Part shown: piece after piece, positions 50,057 through 62,630 of the stretch
Layout: the number at the start of each line of letters is the position of its first letter
Position numbering within the stretch: position 1 is the first letter of the stretch
DNA from: Callorhinchus milii
Taxonomy: Eukaryota
Assembly: GCF_018977255.1 (NCBI RefSeq)
Contig: NW_024704743.1
Location: forward strand, 14,634,001-14,698,000
DNA: 64,000 nucleotides
Direction of reading: 5' to 3'
Notes under the pieces: generated by a model
Databases searched by the model: none
What the model saw: the letters and a program-made list of their open reading frames with translations, nothing else
Told to the model about the DNA's origin: nothing
Program-made: the position numbers and the translations under genes

Positions 50057-52794
50057 TCTTTTTTATGCTAATAAAGCAACAGTCTGTCTGTGTGTCAACC
50101 AAGATCTCAACAACTGATTTAGGTAGAGACATCATTTATATCTCAACGGAAAGGCCTTGCAATTTGGGAGTGTCATGGGCATATGTGTTTTCGGGGATCT
50201 CCTCTCTTTGGTAAGTTATGACGTAAACAAGCTCATCACACACGTATGGAAGTTTTGGCATTTTGCGTTGCAGTTACACCTGGTGGCCGCGCCGACTCCC
50301 AGTGGTGCTGTGGCACCGTGCATCACAGAGCACGTATGTGCGCACGCAGAACTGCAGTTATACCTGTTGGCCATGTCGACTCCCAGTGGCCTGTGGCATT
50401 GTGCATCACAGAGCACATACTTCCGCACGCACGCAGCACGCACTCAGACGAAGCCAAGCGGCGGGACCAAGATAAAAATGCCTAAGCGAACATCAAGCCT
50501 TTCAAGTACAAATAAAAATGCCGGACAAAAGAAAGAAGGCCAATTAAATGAAACTGAAGAACAGCACGACTGGACTTCAATGCTGAGCGCGGCAAAATGA
50601 GTTGCTCGATCAAACAACAGCCCAGCTGGACTTTGATACAAAAAGGCATGCAAGAACATGGCAAATGACACCCAGCAGCAGAGGTCGCTCCATTTAGGTG
50701 CACCCAACTACAATCCAGCCCGAGATTACGAATCAGATGGCGCCCATCATATTGAGAATATGTCAAACGTATGTGCCCACTATGAAGCCATAAAATAGGC
50801 AAAAGAAAATGGAAGGAACCTTCCATGTGTTGCTTGCTCCGAAAGTGAAACCAGAGTCACCTGAACTCCTGAAAAGTCAGCTGGATGGCACATCGAGCGT
50901 ATGTAAGCATTTTCTAGCAAACCTTAGGAAATACAATTTGTGCTTCCAGATGACCCCTTTTGGCGCAACTAGAGAAATTAAAGAGCCAGGCTGTATGCCA
51001 ACATTTAAAGTGCAAGGCCAACTGTATCACTTATCAGGATCTCTAAACGTTTTGCCTAATGCGTCGCCAAAATTCTTACAGATCTACTTCATGACGAACT
51101 GAGAAGAACAAGCTACGTAGCGTGGAAGCAATGTTCTGGGGTTGAACAAAGCCCTCATACTAGATCTGCAAGACATGCTTCACAACATTAACACATACGT
51201 CAGGAGCGTCAAGTCCGCAATGGAAAGAATGACTGCAGAAGAATATGGAATAATCATCCTTGCAGACAAGACACCTGCCAGTCAGCATGAGCAACAGTAC
51301 AATGCACCAACTTCTGACGAAGTAGCCATCCTGATTGTGGGTGAAGAACATGGTAAGCGGAACATTGTGTTGCAGCAACGTGACAAGAAACTCAAATGAG
51401 TGTGTGAGACTAACAGGGCATACAATGCCTTTCAGTACCCAATCTTATTCCCATGTGGTGAAGATGGCTTCCATTTCCAGATATGGCAAACCAATCCCAG
51501 CACTGGACAGTCAAGGCCTGACAAAAAGGTGTCTGTTATGACTCTTTGTGTGCACAGGTTGCAAAGTGAAGGCGATTACATCTTTCTACACACAAAAGAG
51601 CTCTGCCATCAATTCATCTAAGACATGTATGCCAAGATTGAAACTGAGAGACTCCTTTTTTCCCTCTTGAACCAGAAGAAACTCAGGGCTGAGCAGTACA
51701 TTCATTTGCGGGACGCACTTATAAACGATGGTGATGCCAGCAACATAGGTCAACTGATCTTCTTGCCATCCAGTTTCACTGGGGGGGCCATAGTGTATGC
51801 ACGAAAGAAACCAGATGCACTGTGCTATGTGCGAGCGTACGGTCAACCTGATCTGTTCATCACATTCACCTGCAATCATAATTGGGATGAGAACAAGCAG
51901 GACCTGTTGCCTGGACAAAAGTCACAGAACCGCCATGATCTCATAGTCAGGTTTTCCACATCAAAGTTCTTAAACTGATGGAGCTTATCACCAAAAATCA
52001 TGTTTTTGGCAAAGTCCATTGCTACCTCTACACCATTGCATTGAGAGACACAAGTGTGGTCTTCCCCATTTACACATTCAAACTCTTTGGAACCATCCGG
52101 TATACCTTCACACAAACACATACTAAAGGTTGGATGCATAATCATGCTGCTGAGGAATCTAGATGCACCGAAGCTACGCAATGGCACAAGGTTGGTGATA
52201 AAGCAGTTGATGCCACATTGTATAGAAGCAACTATTCTGACTGGTCAGTTCAAAGGGGAAGATGTATTAACCCTTTGCATCCCACTGCTCCCAAGTCAGT
52301 ACCTGTTTGAGTTCAAAAGGCTCAAATTCCCTATTCAAATGTGCTTTGCCCTGTCAATGAACAAGGCACAGGGACAGGGCTTAGAGATTGCTGGCCTTTT
52401 CTTGAATATACCCATGGACAATTCTATGATGCTCACATGCGATTTCATCTCAAAGCCTGTACATCATGGACAAAGGAGGAAAAACTGCAAATGTTGTCTA
52501 CATGGAAGCCTTGCAATAACGAGAGAGGAACTGCCAGATCGCACAGTAAACCCCTTCGGTGAGCGTAGCTTTGATAGGAGCTTCTATCGTTCATGAGCTG
52601 TGACTTTTTGATAGGATCGTCTATCGTTCATGAGCTATGACCCAAACAAGCTCATCGCACATATATGGCAGTTTTGCTTAGGGTGTACACACAGTGTTTA
52701 TGGTATGTTAAATGGTTTGTGAGTGATATCACTGAAATCTACATTCCATATTGGATCCTTTGGTTGCAAGTGTAGCTCCAATAGGTACAGCTAA
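50057..52794 (+). mobile_element. Helitron, internally deleted and non-autonomous
   Basis: Candidate termini A|TC (50057) and CTAA|T (52794); contains RepHel pseudogene fragments; termini less certain than the coding identity. Confidence 0.85.
50760..52515 (+). pseudogene. Helitron Rep/helicase (RepHel) pseudogene
   Basis: N-terminal domain (FLANLRKYN..FQMT, TFKVQGQLYH..GSL, YNAPTSDEVA, YPILFPCGEDG, DMYAKIETERL, LPSSFTGG), Rep motif 1 PDLFITFTCN, then PIF1-like helicase C-terminus (KVGCIIMLLRNL..NGTRL, FPIQMCFALSMNKAQGQ); multiple stops and frameshifts. Confidence 0.95.
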
Positions 52795-52970
52795 TTTAAT
52801 ACTGTATTGTCAACTGTATCATATTCCTAAAAGCTGCTAGGGGATAAACCCACAGTAGTTATCACTGGGACATCTTCAGAATAAAATATCCCATAATGTG
52901 ATGATTATCATGGTATACCACACATTTTTAACTCTTCTGTGTTCACTGAATTACCCCAGTCTGAAAACAA

Positions 52971-53108
52971 CAACAACTTGGATTTATATAGCGCCCTCCA
53001 CCCCGGATGGTGTCTCAGAGCGCTTCACAGTTATGGATCCCGGGGCCGAGCCAGGGGGAGGGGGAGGAAGGTGACCAAAGGCGCGGTCGAAAAGAAAGGT
53101 CTTCAGCC
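52971..53108 (-). mobile_element. Short L2 3' end (young subfamily)
   Basis: Nearly identical to 19491-19632; flanking duplication GAAAACAA (52963-52970, 53109-53116). Confidence 0.9.
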
Positions 53109-54133
53109 GAAAACAATAAGGATGGTCACAAAATCCCAGACACAAGCATGGCTTTTACCATCTGCACAATTATGGACTTTAAAGCTTTGCCCAGTGCCAT
53201 AGGTGAAACTAAACCTTTCCAAAGCACAACACTTCTTCAGGGAGAAGGCTGTTTTCCTTAGAGGGCATCCATTAATTTCTCTGCCTCAGTTGGTAGGCTG
53301 TAAGACTTGATTTTTGCATGATCAGGTCCGAAATTTCACCTGGTTTTAGCCAGTAAGACATTCTGTGCTAGAATTTTAAGAATGTGCAGAATTGTGGAAA
53401 ACTCTTAATTCATTCTTAATTTGGAACCTTTTTCCTGTAAATCGTTTTTTAAAAAAAGTGGTCAAATTGAGATTAAATTTAAGAATTTTCCATAATTCTG
53501 TGCAATTATATATTCACCTGTGTCAGTCCAAATTTGGGGACTACTGCATTCCATTGAAATATTCAGACGGCAAAACCCTTACAAATCCTACAAACACTGA
53601 ACAGAGGCAATGGAAAACATGTTTAATGTTAAAATTTAAGTATTGTTACATTGCTGAGTTATAAGATAAATCTTTTAAACTCTGCTTAATACCCAAACAA
53701 AACAAAAGAGGACCATATCAAAGTGTTCCAGCACGACCTCTAGGTCAGTTGAACTAATGAAGCCTTGATTTTTAAATATTGTTTTCTTGTGGACATGTAC
53801 AAACCAATCTCATTTCATCATCTTCTTTTGCTGAAATCCATTCTCCTCTAAGCCAAAGAATCATTTTTTAGTGGCTGGGCAAGCTATGCTCATTGACTCC
53901 GGGCCAATCTTAAAAACTCATCTTTTGGCTGAGGAAAACACAAGTTTTGATCCTCCTGGGCAGCTAAATGCTAGGAAAGCAATAGTAAACAAAAGCAAGA
54001 ACCTAACAGTCTAATGTAGGGCCTAAAATTAAAGTGGTAGCCTGAGGACTAGGAACCTGAGAGGGTCAAACCACTTACCTGGAGAAGGATGCTTCCGCCT
54101 ACTGACAATTATCGAATGTTCCTCAAGTTTGTA

Positions 54134-54510
54134 GTATCAGCCTGGCCCAGTGATAGCACTCATCTCTGAGTTAGAAGGTTATGAGTTCAAACACCACATT
54201 GGTACTTGAGCTCACATAGTCTAATCTGAATCGCCAAAGCAGTGCTGGAGGGAGTGCTGCATTTTCAGAGGTGCTGTCCTTCGGATGATACGTTAAATTG
54301 AGGTCCTGTCTGCTGTTAAAGTGGATGTTAAAAATCCCATGGATTCAAAAAGAGAAGGCAGTTTCTCCCAGTGTCTTGGGAACAAATAAAAATGGTCATT
54401 CATGGCTGTCTGTTGAACAAATTGCCCATAAAAAACACAGTAAATTCTGTGAAGCACTTTGAGACGTCCTCCCAACTTGAAATGTGCTATACCAATTGCA
54501 AGGAAATTTA
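54134..54510 (+). mobile_element. Deu-domain SINE, full length
   Basis: tRNA head GTATCAGCCTGGCCCAGTGATAGCAC...GAGTTCAAAC, Deu core GAGGTGCTGTCCTTCGGATGA, L2-like tail. Confidence 0.85.
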
Positions 54511-55329
54511 TTTATTTAAGGAATGCTCTGGAAAATTTCTCCCCGATAGATTGTCTGCTTATCATTGGGCTTGAAGCCATAAATGGTGCCTTATACTGGA
54601 AAAAACACTTGAGGATATAAAGTCTGTTTCCTGCAGAGAACCTCATATGGGTCACTGTGACTTATGGAATCTGAAATAGCATCAATGCCAAGTTTCCTCA
54701 GGCAGCTGTGATATATAAGGGGTCCTCTGCATGAGACGCAATCCATTGCTCTTTATCCCTTGCTCGTGCCATTTACAGTGCCATGTTTAACTCCAATATT
54801 CTTCTCTAAATTTACACAGCACTTATTCCCTCACAGTACTGCAATTCTTATTTTCTGCCACTGGGAACCCCTGTACAGCAGCACCTCGTGGCAAACCTGA
54901 GGTATTCAGTCTGGTAAGGGTCATGCTGCTCCTAAACTATAAATAGTATGTCCCAGGCCAAGCACAGTGGAATTCAGACTCCTATGATCTTAAGACCAAT
55001 GCCAACTCATGTACTGATCACATACTTCAAAACAGCTGACATTGCCTCTCTCAATGGCTATATGATAAAAAAAACTTTTCTGATGCATCGCTTTATGTTG
55101 CTGGTGTAGTGATCCCCAGTCTGTACTAAACTATCTGTTCTCATCTTAAGCAGCCCTACAATTAGCCTCAGATTGCTGGGCTTAGTTTGGCAAAATATAG
55201 TCAGGTCTTCTTTTTCAGTGACCCTTGTTGGGAGTGAGTGTATGTGGACATGAATGGGCTATGTGCTGATTCCCCATAAATAGTAGTTTAACAACTATAA
55301 CCTAATCTTAGACTTCACTCTTTTGGATT

Positions 55330-55510
55330 TAATAATAATAATCCTTGCAGTTGATATAGCGCCTTATCATATCGTTGAGACATCCCAAAGCTCTTCACAG
55401 AATATATTATATTGCAAAGTTTAGTGACTGTGTATTTTGTGGGTAACACACGGTAGCTAATTGCACACAGCTGTGTCCTACAAACATTCAGGAACTGAGT
55501 GACCAAATTT
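55330..55510 (-). mobile_element. SINE 3' part
   Basis: (TTA)n tail plus core block shared with the young SINE family. Confidence 0.8.
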
Positions 55511-55825
55511 ACTTTCTTTCTCAATCCCATTTAGAATCTTATATAACCTCTACAAGATCTCATTTTTAAAACTGAAGAGCCGCATCTCATCTAATCATTG
55601 CTCACAGCTCATTCTGTAATACTGGGGATTTACCACGTTGTTCTCCTCCGCACTGCCTCCAGAATGTTAAGTGGATCTTTCAAAGGGGTTACTGTTTTCA
55701 ACTAGTTGTCTAATAACTTAAAATTTTATTATTTGGATAATTTTGAATGAAACAGTTTACATGAAAATAATTACTGTAAAGCATTTTGAAAACAGAGGAC
55801 AGAGAAAAAGATTGGAATTAAAGAA

Positions 55826-56420
55826 TAGCCTGATTCAGTTGTTAGTACTCTTGGGTCTGGGTTGAAAGGTTGTTGGTTTAAGCCCCATATTAGGACTTTG
55901 AGCTACTAATTTAGGATGACACTCCAATGCAGCACTGGGGGACCACTGCACTGTTGGGGGTGAAGTCTTTCAGGTAACATAATAACCCATTTAAGCCATT
56001 TAAGCGTGAAATGGCTCACTCTTAAGGCCATTTAAGAGTGAAATCAAGAAGCATTTTTTCACTCAAAGGGTGGTAGAAATCTGCAATTCTCTCCCTCAAA
56101 GGCCATGGATGCTGCATCCATCTACACCTTCAAGCGTGAAGTTGATAGATTTTTGGTAGATTAGGGTATTAAGGGATATGGAGAGAAAGCAGGAAATTAG
56201 AATTGAAAGGATTAGTTGAGGAACAGATTCTCAAAGGGCTGAATGTTCTATTCCTTGTTCCTATGTTCCCCGAGGCCTAAGCTGTCCATTCAGATGCACG
56301 GTAAAGATTCGTAAAGAGAAGGGAATTTGTCCCAGTGTCCTAGCCAAAAATTCTCTGGATAAGTTGTTTTTCCACACATGGCTGTTTGTAGGACATTCCT
56401 GTGTGCAAATTGGCTGCAAA
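55826..56420 (+). mobile_element. Deu-domain SINE interrupted by a CR1 3' end (~56020-56270)
   Basis: SINE head at 55826-55990 and core at 56270-56420 flank a CR1 3' block (TTCACTCAAAGGGTGGTAGAAATCTG...TAAGGGATATGG...GTTCCTATGTTC). Confidence 0.7.
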
Positions 56421-56749
56421 TACTAGATACAAGAATTATTATAACATGATTATCTGCCATAATTTCATATTATTCTGAAAAACACAGAAGTAAACTTTTT
56501 GTGGACGGATGTTTTAAGCTACTTCAGGACTGTTACTTGTCTGCTTTTCAACCCCTTAATTGTCCAGATCAGAAAAAGAATCCTGAGGTGCATATTATAG
56601 ATACTAAACATACTTGTATACATTTAGGTGTACTTCTCTTGCATTCCACTTAAATAACAATCTTTAATCAGTTTGAAGGTGTTTCGTCTACAACATATTA
56701 TACTGTAGTAATTTTAATGATCCTTGCTTCATACAACCATAACCTGTAA

Positions 56750-56873
56750 TATTTTGTGCGTTTCGCACAAAAAATATACAGTCAATTCACTTTACAGTAT
56801 ATTGTGTGAAGCACTTTGAGATGTCTCAAAGACATGATAAGGCGCTATATCAAATGCAAGGATTATTATTATT
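56750..56873 (+). mobile_element. Young SINE tail fragment
   Basis: ATACAGTCAATTCACTTTACAGT...AATGCAAGGATTATTATT. Confidence 0.85.
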
Positions 56874-57589
56874 AATACAACTAGTTTTTATTTCAACACA
56901 TGGTAACCTGAAGTGGCTGTTAATCTGGGTCTGCCAGTTTTGAAATTGCCCCTTTCACTAAATGTAGGTTAGGTTCACATGCATATTAAATAGAGCAGGA
57001 ATGTACAGAAGACAAGCAATACATTTCCAGTGGTTGGAGTATGTATACCACACATGCATAAATCTACTGCTCGGTACTGTGATCTACTTTGGAAACAACT
57101 GGTTTATTATTAAGTGCCATAGTAACAGAAGGATGTCAGTGCACAGATATCTGCAATGGCCATTAGTTGGAAATCTAACGCCTAAGAATCTTAATGTTGT
57201 TAAGCTCAACACCATTGACTTCAAATTTAAAGATTGTGTAGAATTTGGGAAAGCAGTTCTAAACCCAGTTTTTATTTGGAAGCACATTTTCTGAGGTACT
57301 CAAGAAGAGTGGAAAATCAGCTTTTTGGGGGGAAAATTAAGTCTCATTCAAAATTCTGCTCAATCTTAAATTTTAAGTCAGTGATTTTAAATCTAAGAAC
57401 ATGATTTATTTACAATAACATATCTAGTTTTCTTGTTAACAAGTCTTTCAGTGAGATTTTCATATTAATCTATGGTGGCACACATGTGTTGTGCATTGAC
57501 TCAACTAACACCATATGTCTCTTTCAGCTTTATCTTTGACAGGTTCTATCCCTTCCATGTAATATCTTTACTTGATTCATGCAGTAGGT

Positions 57590-60500
57590 GGTCAGGACTC
57601 ACTGGGAAGACATCACTGCCCCCATCTCCTCACTGAGCCTCACCAGCCCAGCGGGCTAACCATGGCTCGCTCAGAGTCTCAGCGTGCGCACATTGGCTGC
57701 TGCAATTGACCCGAGCTGTTTCCCCAAGATGTTCCCGACCCCGTCCCCTTCACTCCACTACTCCCGCTCAACCCTCCTCTCCCTCCGCCTCCCCTGACTC
57801 CTATCCCTCCTCAACTCCCCCATGGCCTCCATCTGGTCCTCCCTTCATATTCTTCGTCATGCCCACCGTGGTAGACCCAGTCAGCTGTCCTACAGCACCC
57901 ATCCTGACTGCCCCTTCCCCTTGACTGCCCCTTCCCCCACTCTCACCGCAAGGCCCACCGGCCCTCACTCATGGGAACCAACCTTTCCTCCCTCACTCAC
58001 ATCCCCATCCAACCTGCCTGCTCACCACCTCCCACCCCTCACCCCCCCACACTCCCACCACTAACTGTCCCCTCCGCATCAGTCTGCAGAACGTCCACTC
58101 ATTAACCAACAAGTCCCTCACAATTCATGACCTCACCGTCGAGGAAAATATCGACAATCTCGCCCTCACCGAAACCTGGGTCAACCCAGGCAACACCTTC
58201 CCACTAGTTGAGGCCACACCTCCAGGTTACACCTTTCATCAAACCCCACGGCCTAATCGCTGTGGCAGTGGTGTGGCTCTCATCTCCCGTCTCCCCCTCA
58301 GCCTTTCCCCTTACTCCTCCGGAACCTTCCCCTCCTTTGAACACCTTACCCTCTATAATAATAATAATAATCCTTGCATTTGATATAGCGCTTTTCACGT
58401 CAGGAGGACGTCCCAAAGCGCTTCACAGAACACACTGTAAAGTGAATTGACTGTATATTTGTGGGCAAACGCGGCAGCCAATTGCGCACAGCAATGTCCC
58501 ACAAACAGTCGTAGATTGAAAATGACCAACTTATTATTGTTTTTGGTTTTGGAGGTATTATTATTAGACTTGTGGAGTAAGGAAACTTGCCCAAGGTTTC
58601 GCCCTCTGCCTGGAATTGAACTCAGGTCTCTCGCTTGCAAAGCGAGTGCTCTAACCACTGAGCTACAGGACTCCACTAGTCTGTATGGGAAAGTTATTTT
58701 GATCTTCCACCCCTCCCGGCTTTTCTTCAAAATCGGCCTTGTTTACCGTCTCCCCAAGCCTTCCCCCAACTTCCTCTCGGACATCTCCACCCTCCTACTT
58801 TCCTTCTCCCTCTCCATTGCCCTGGAGTCATCTGAATTCCTACACCTCTGGCCCTCACTGATCGATCTCCCCTCCTCACTCTCCTTTCTCCACAACTCCC
58901 TCTCCTCCATTCCGGACTCACTTGCCCCCCTCACCTCCCGAACTGCCTTATACTCCCATAAATCCCCCTGGTACACCAGCCATCTCTGTTCTCTCAAGGC
59001 ACAAGTGCGAGCTGCCGAACGGGCCTGGACCAAATCCAAACTAACGGTCCTCAGCAGATTTAGCTTCACCACACCAAGTCCTACCGATGCGCTCTTGCCT
59101 CTGCCACATCCTCCTTCTACTCCAAGGTTATATTGGAGGCAAAAGACAACTCCCGGCTTCTCTTTTCCACCACTAACCGTCTCCTCCGTCCACCTTCCCA
59201 CGCCTTGCCCATCCTTTCCTCAAACTCTAACTGAGGAGATCTAAAATCGAGGGGAGACATTTAGCCACCTCAGCCCCGTCCACAGCCACCCCCACATCAC
59301 CTCTCCCTCATGACCCACCCCCCACGCATCCCCACCTGTACTCCTTCAACCCTATCTCTCCCTCCTCCCTCACCACGACTGTCCGCAAACTCAAACCCAC
59401 CACCTGCTCCCTCGATCCCATGCCCACCTCTCTCCTCCTCTCCCTGCTCCACCTTCTGGCCCCTCTCCTGTCCGATGTCATCAACCTCTCCTTGTCCACC
59501 GTTTCAATTCCCACCCCCTTAAAAACAGCCGTCATCACCCCCATCCTGAAAAAACCTTCCCTGGAGCCATCCGTCCTTTCCAGCAACCACCCCATCTCTA
59601 ACCTCCCATTCCTCTCCAAAGTCCTGGAATGAATCGTCGCATCCCAGCTCTGCTCCTTTCTCTCTCGCCATTCCCTCTTTGAACCCCTCCAATCCGGCTT
59701 CCACGCTGTCCACAGCACGGAAACAGCCCTGGTCAAAGTCACTAATGACATTCTGAACATCTGTGATCAGGGCTCCCTCTGCCTCCTTGTCCTCCTCGAC
59801 CTCTCTGCCGTCTTTGACACTGTCGACCACGGTTTCTCCTCCAGCCCCCGCACTGTCATGCCTGGCGTCCCCCAGGGCTCTGCCCTTGGCCCTCTCCTCT
59901 TTAATATCTACATGCTCCCCCATGGTGACACCATCCGCAGACATGGGGTCAACTTCCATATGTATGCGGATGACACCCAACTCTATCTTTCTGCCTCCAC
60001 CCTCAACTCCAGGACCACTGCTGTCCTGACAGACTGCCTCTCAGACATCAAGTCCTGGATGAGGGCAAATTTCCTACATGTGAACAAGACTGAGGCCCTC
60101 CTGATTGGCTCGCGCCAGTGCCTCAGCACCTCAGGTTCTGGCAGCATCAACCTCCATGGTTGCACACTTCAATTCACCAAGCCAGTCTTGTTCGACCCTC
60201 AACTGTCTTTTCTTCCTCACATTCAAGCCATGACCCGCTCTGCCTTCCCTCACCTCCGTAACATCGCCCGACTCCACCACTACCTCACCTCTCAGGCCAC
60301 TGAAACTCTTGTTCATGCCTTCATCATCTCCAGGCTCGACTATGGCCTTCCCAACTCCTCCCTCCACAGGCTGCAGATAATCCAGAATTCCCGCACCAAA
60401 CTCCGTGACCCCATTTCCCCCACTTTCGCCCAACTACACTGGCTCCCTGTCCTTCAGAGGATCCGGTTTAAAATCCTGGTCCTCACATACAAAGCCCTCC

Positions 60501-60856
60501 ATGGCCTCGCCCCACCCTACCTGTGTCCTCCTAACCCCCTACCAACCTCCGCTCAGCCGGCTGTGGCCTGCTCCACTTTGCCCGACCCACCCGCCCCACC
60601 ATTGGTGGGAGAGCCTTCAGCCACTCTGCCCCCAACCTCTGGAATTCCCCCAATCACTCCGCCTCTCCCACTCCTTAGCCTCCTTCAAGTCCCGCCTCAA
60701 GACCCTCCTCTTCGACCATGCCATCGGCCACCCCCCTTCCCCTCCCCTCCATCCCTCACCCAACCCCAGCTTGGGTCTGAAATGCTGGGGACTCTGCCCT
60801 GCCCTCCCGACGTGAAAAGCACAATACAAATGTAATCTTGTTATAGTTGTTGTTGT
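57590..60856 (+). mobile_element. Near-full-length L2 LINE (APE endonuclease + RT), inactivated, with internal deletions
   Basis: APE motif LQNVHSLTNK...IDNLALTETW at ~58085-58180; RT region [48 protein letters not shown] (59400-60000); tail with (TTG)n; 5' boundary uncertain. Confidence 0.93.
58355..58674 (-). mobile_element. Young tRNA(Ala)-like SINE inserted in the L2
   Basis: Head with A box TAGCTCAGTGG, stem-loop CTCGC-TTTGCAA-GCGAG (TGC in anticodon position), B box GAGTTCAATTCC; (TTA)n tail. Confidence 0.93.
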
Positions 60857-61668
60857 AGGTGTCATTCAAATGTATTACAATTCATTTGCCAGTGTATATA
60901 CACTGACCAACTCTCGATTGGACTGAAATTCCATTTGCATTATGGGTACCACCTTAAGCAATGCATGATTATTACATGGAAATCCTATTTAGTGGCTAAT
61001 TTTGCCAAATGCTACATGTAATGCGAATTCGATTTTCAGTCCTTTTCTAACATTTTGGCTGCCTGTTCTGATTCTACAGAAGCCTATAGCTCACAGTAAC
61101 CTGCAAATTAACCATCTTAGAGTCTCTGAATCCAGGTCATTCATGTTTTGTAGTTATGTTTTGCATTAGCTGATGTGTTCTATTCCAAGTCTCGCTGCTT
61201 CTGTACAAACAAGTAGTCAACTCAATGCTAGTCTGCTCCATTTCCCTGCAATCTTTGCAAATCATCCACTTATATAAAATGGAAATAGAAAATAGAATAC
61301 TGGCAAAAATAAATGTTATTTCATAAGAAAGACAGTATTTTGCTGGAAATATGTAACTTCAGTTAAATCTAACGAAATGGAACGAGCATCCAAGAAAAGA
61401 AGCAAAACAACGAACACAGGATATGAGTTAATACTAGCTTTATTAGTAAACAGCTTTATTAAAAAAAGTAAAGGTAATAAAAAAATATTGCAAAATTCTA
61501 AAGACATCCTAGCAAAGGTCAAACCATTCTGTCCCATCATATTTAGTTAGGAAAAGAGATTAACCAGTGCTTTGAGAATTGATAATCTGGACTGGCTATC
61601 CCAATGCAAGGAGAGGCACAGCTCATTTCAAAGAGCACCTAGAGAGCGAGCAGACAGGCTGTGCATCA

Positions 61669-61720
61669 GGTGCACAATGGGGTACATAGCACTGACGTCA
61701 GTGCTGGTGCCCTGTGCACC
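61669..61720. promoter_or_regulatory. Palindrome centred on a consensus CRE (TGACGTCA, 61693-61700)
   Basis: Perfect 18-bp palindrome AGCACTGACGTCAGTGCT (61688-61705) inside outer arms GGTGCACA / TGTGCACC; function unproven. Confidence 0.4.
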
Positions 61721-61919
61721 AAGGATATTTTTAGTGGAGCTGAAATTGCATTTTTAAACAACTCTTACTTCAAGTTATACTGACCTTCAGAAGCAAGTAT
61801 TAGGTTAGATGCAGAAATTAGCAGCATGTGTTTGTTATAGCACAAATAATGCAGATAAAAGGAGAAAATAGGTATGTAATTTTTTTGAAAAATTAAATGT
61901 GCCCATTGCACTCTACATT

Positions 61920-62630
61920 AACAACAACTACTTGCATTTATATAGCGCCCGTCACGCCGAATGGCATTTCGGAGCGCTTAACAGTGGCAGAGCTCGATGC
62001 CGAGCAGGGGCTGGGGGAAGCTGACTGTAGGCATGGTCAAACAGGAAGGTCTTCAAGCATGACCTGGGAGAGAAGGGGCAAGGTGAAAGGATTGAGGGAG
62101 AGAATTCCACAGCTTCGGGGTGTTGTGGCTGAAATAATGACTGCCAATTGTGGGGCGGAGGGTCCTGAGAGTCCAGGGACAAGGAGGACGCTGGAGCCAG
62201 TTGAGCCGAGGCAGCGGGTAGTAGTGCAGGGAGAGAGTTGGTTGGAGCGATAGGGGCTGCCAAGGCTTAAAGGGAATTAAATACAAGAGTGAAGATTTTA
62301 AAATTGATTCGCTCTGTGACACGGAGCCAGTGGAGTTTGACAAGGACTGGGATAATGGAGGTACGTTTAGTACGGGTGAGAATGCGGGCGGCGGAGTTTT
62401 GAATTAGTTGAATTTTGTGAATAGTGATGCAGGGGAGTCCTGAGAGGAAGGCATGTGAGTAGTCGAGGCAGGAGGTGACAAAGGCGTGGACGAGGGTTTC
62501 GGCTGCTTTTGGAGTGAGGTACGGATAGAGCCAGGCAATATGGCGAAGGTGGAGGAAAACGGTCCTGGCCAGGGACTGGATGTGGGGTACGAAAGATAGC
62601 TGGGGGTCGAACCTGACAACACGGGTTCGG
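61920..62630 (-). mobile_element. L2 LINE 3' fragment
   Basis: RFDPQLSF...[17 protein letters not shown]...[13 protein letters not shown]; (TTG)n tail. Confidence 0.92.

Noticed and set aside
50268..50430. CRISPR-like or other prokaryotic repeat array
   Set aside because: Only a two-unit tandem inside a Helitron, with no spacers; the context is vertebrate
54074..54082. Perfect minus-strand donor CAG|GTAAGT
   Set aside because: Lies ~50 bp from a SINE with no good acceptor; an isolated motif is expected by chance
58600..58674. tRNA-Ala gene (and similar heads at 9264, 16348, 19275, 31847)
   Set aside because: No proper acceptor stem; each head continues into a SINE body and tail
58447..59244. 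265-aa ORF
   Set aside because: Chance read-through of an antisense SINE into L2 sequence
59858..60835. Longest ORF (325 aa) as a host gene
   Set aside because: It is L2 reverse transcriptase/C-terminus drifting out of frame; upstream parts have stops and frameshifts
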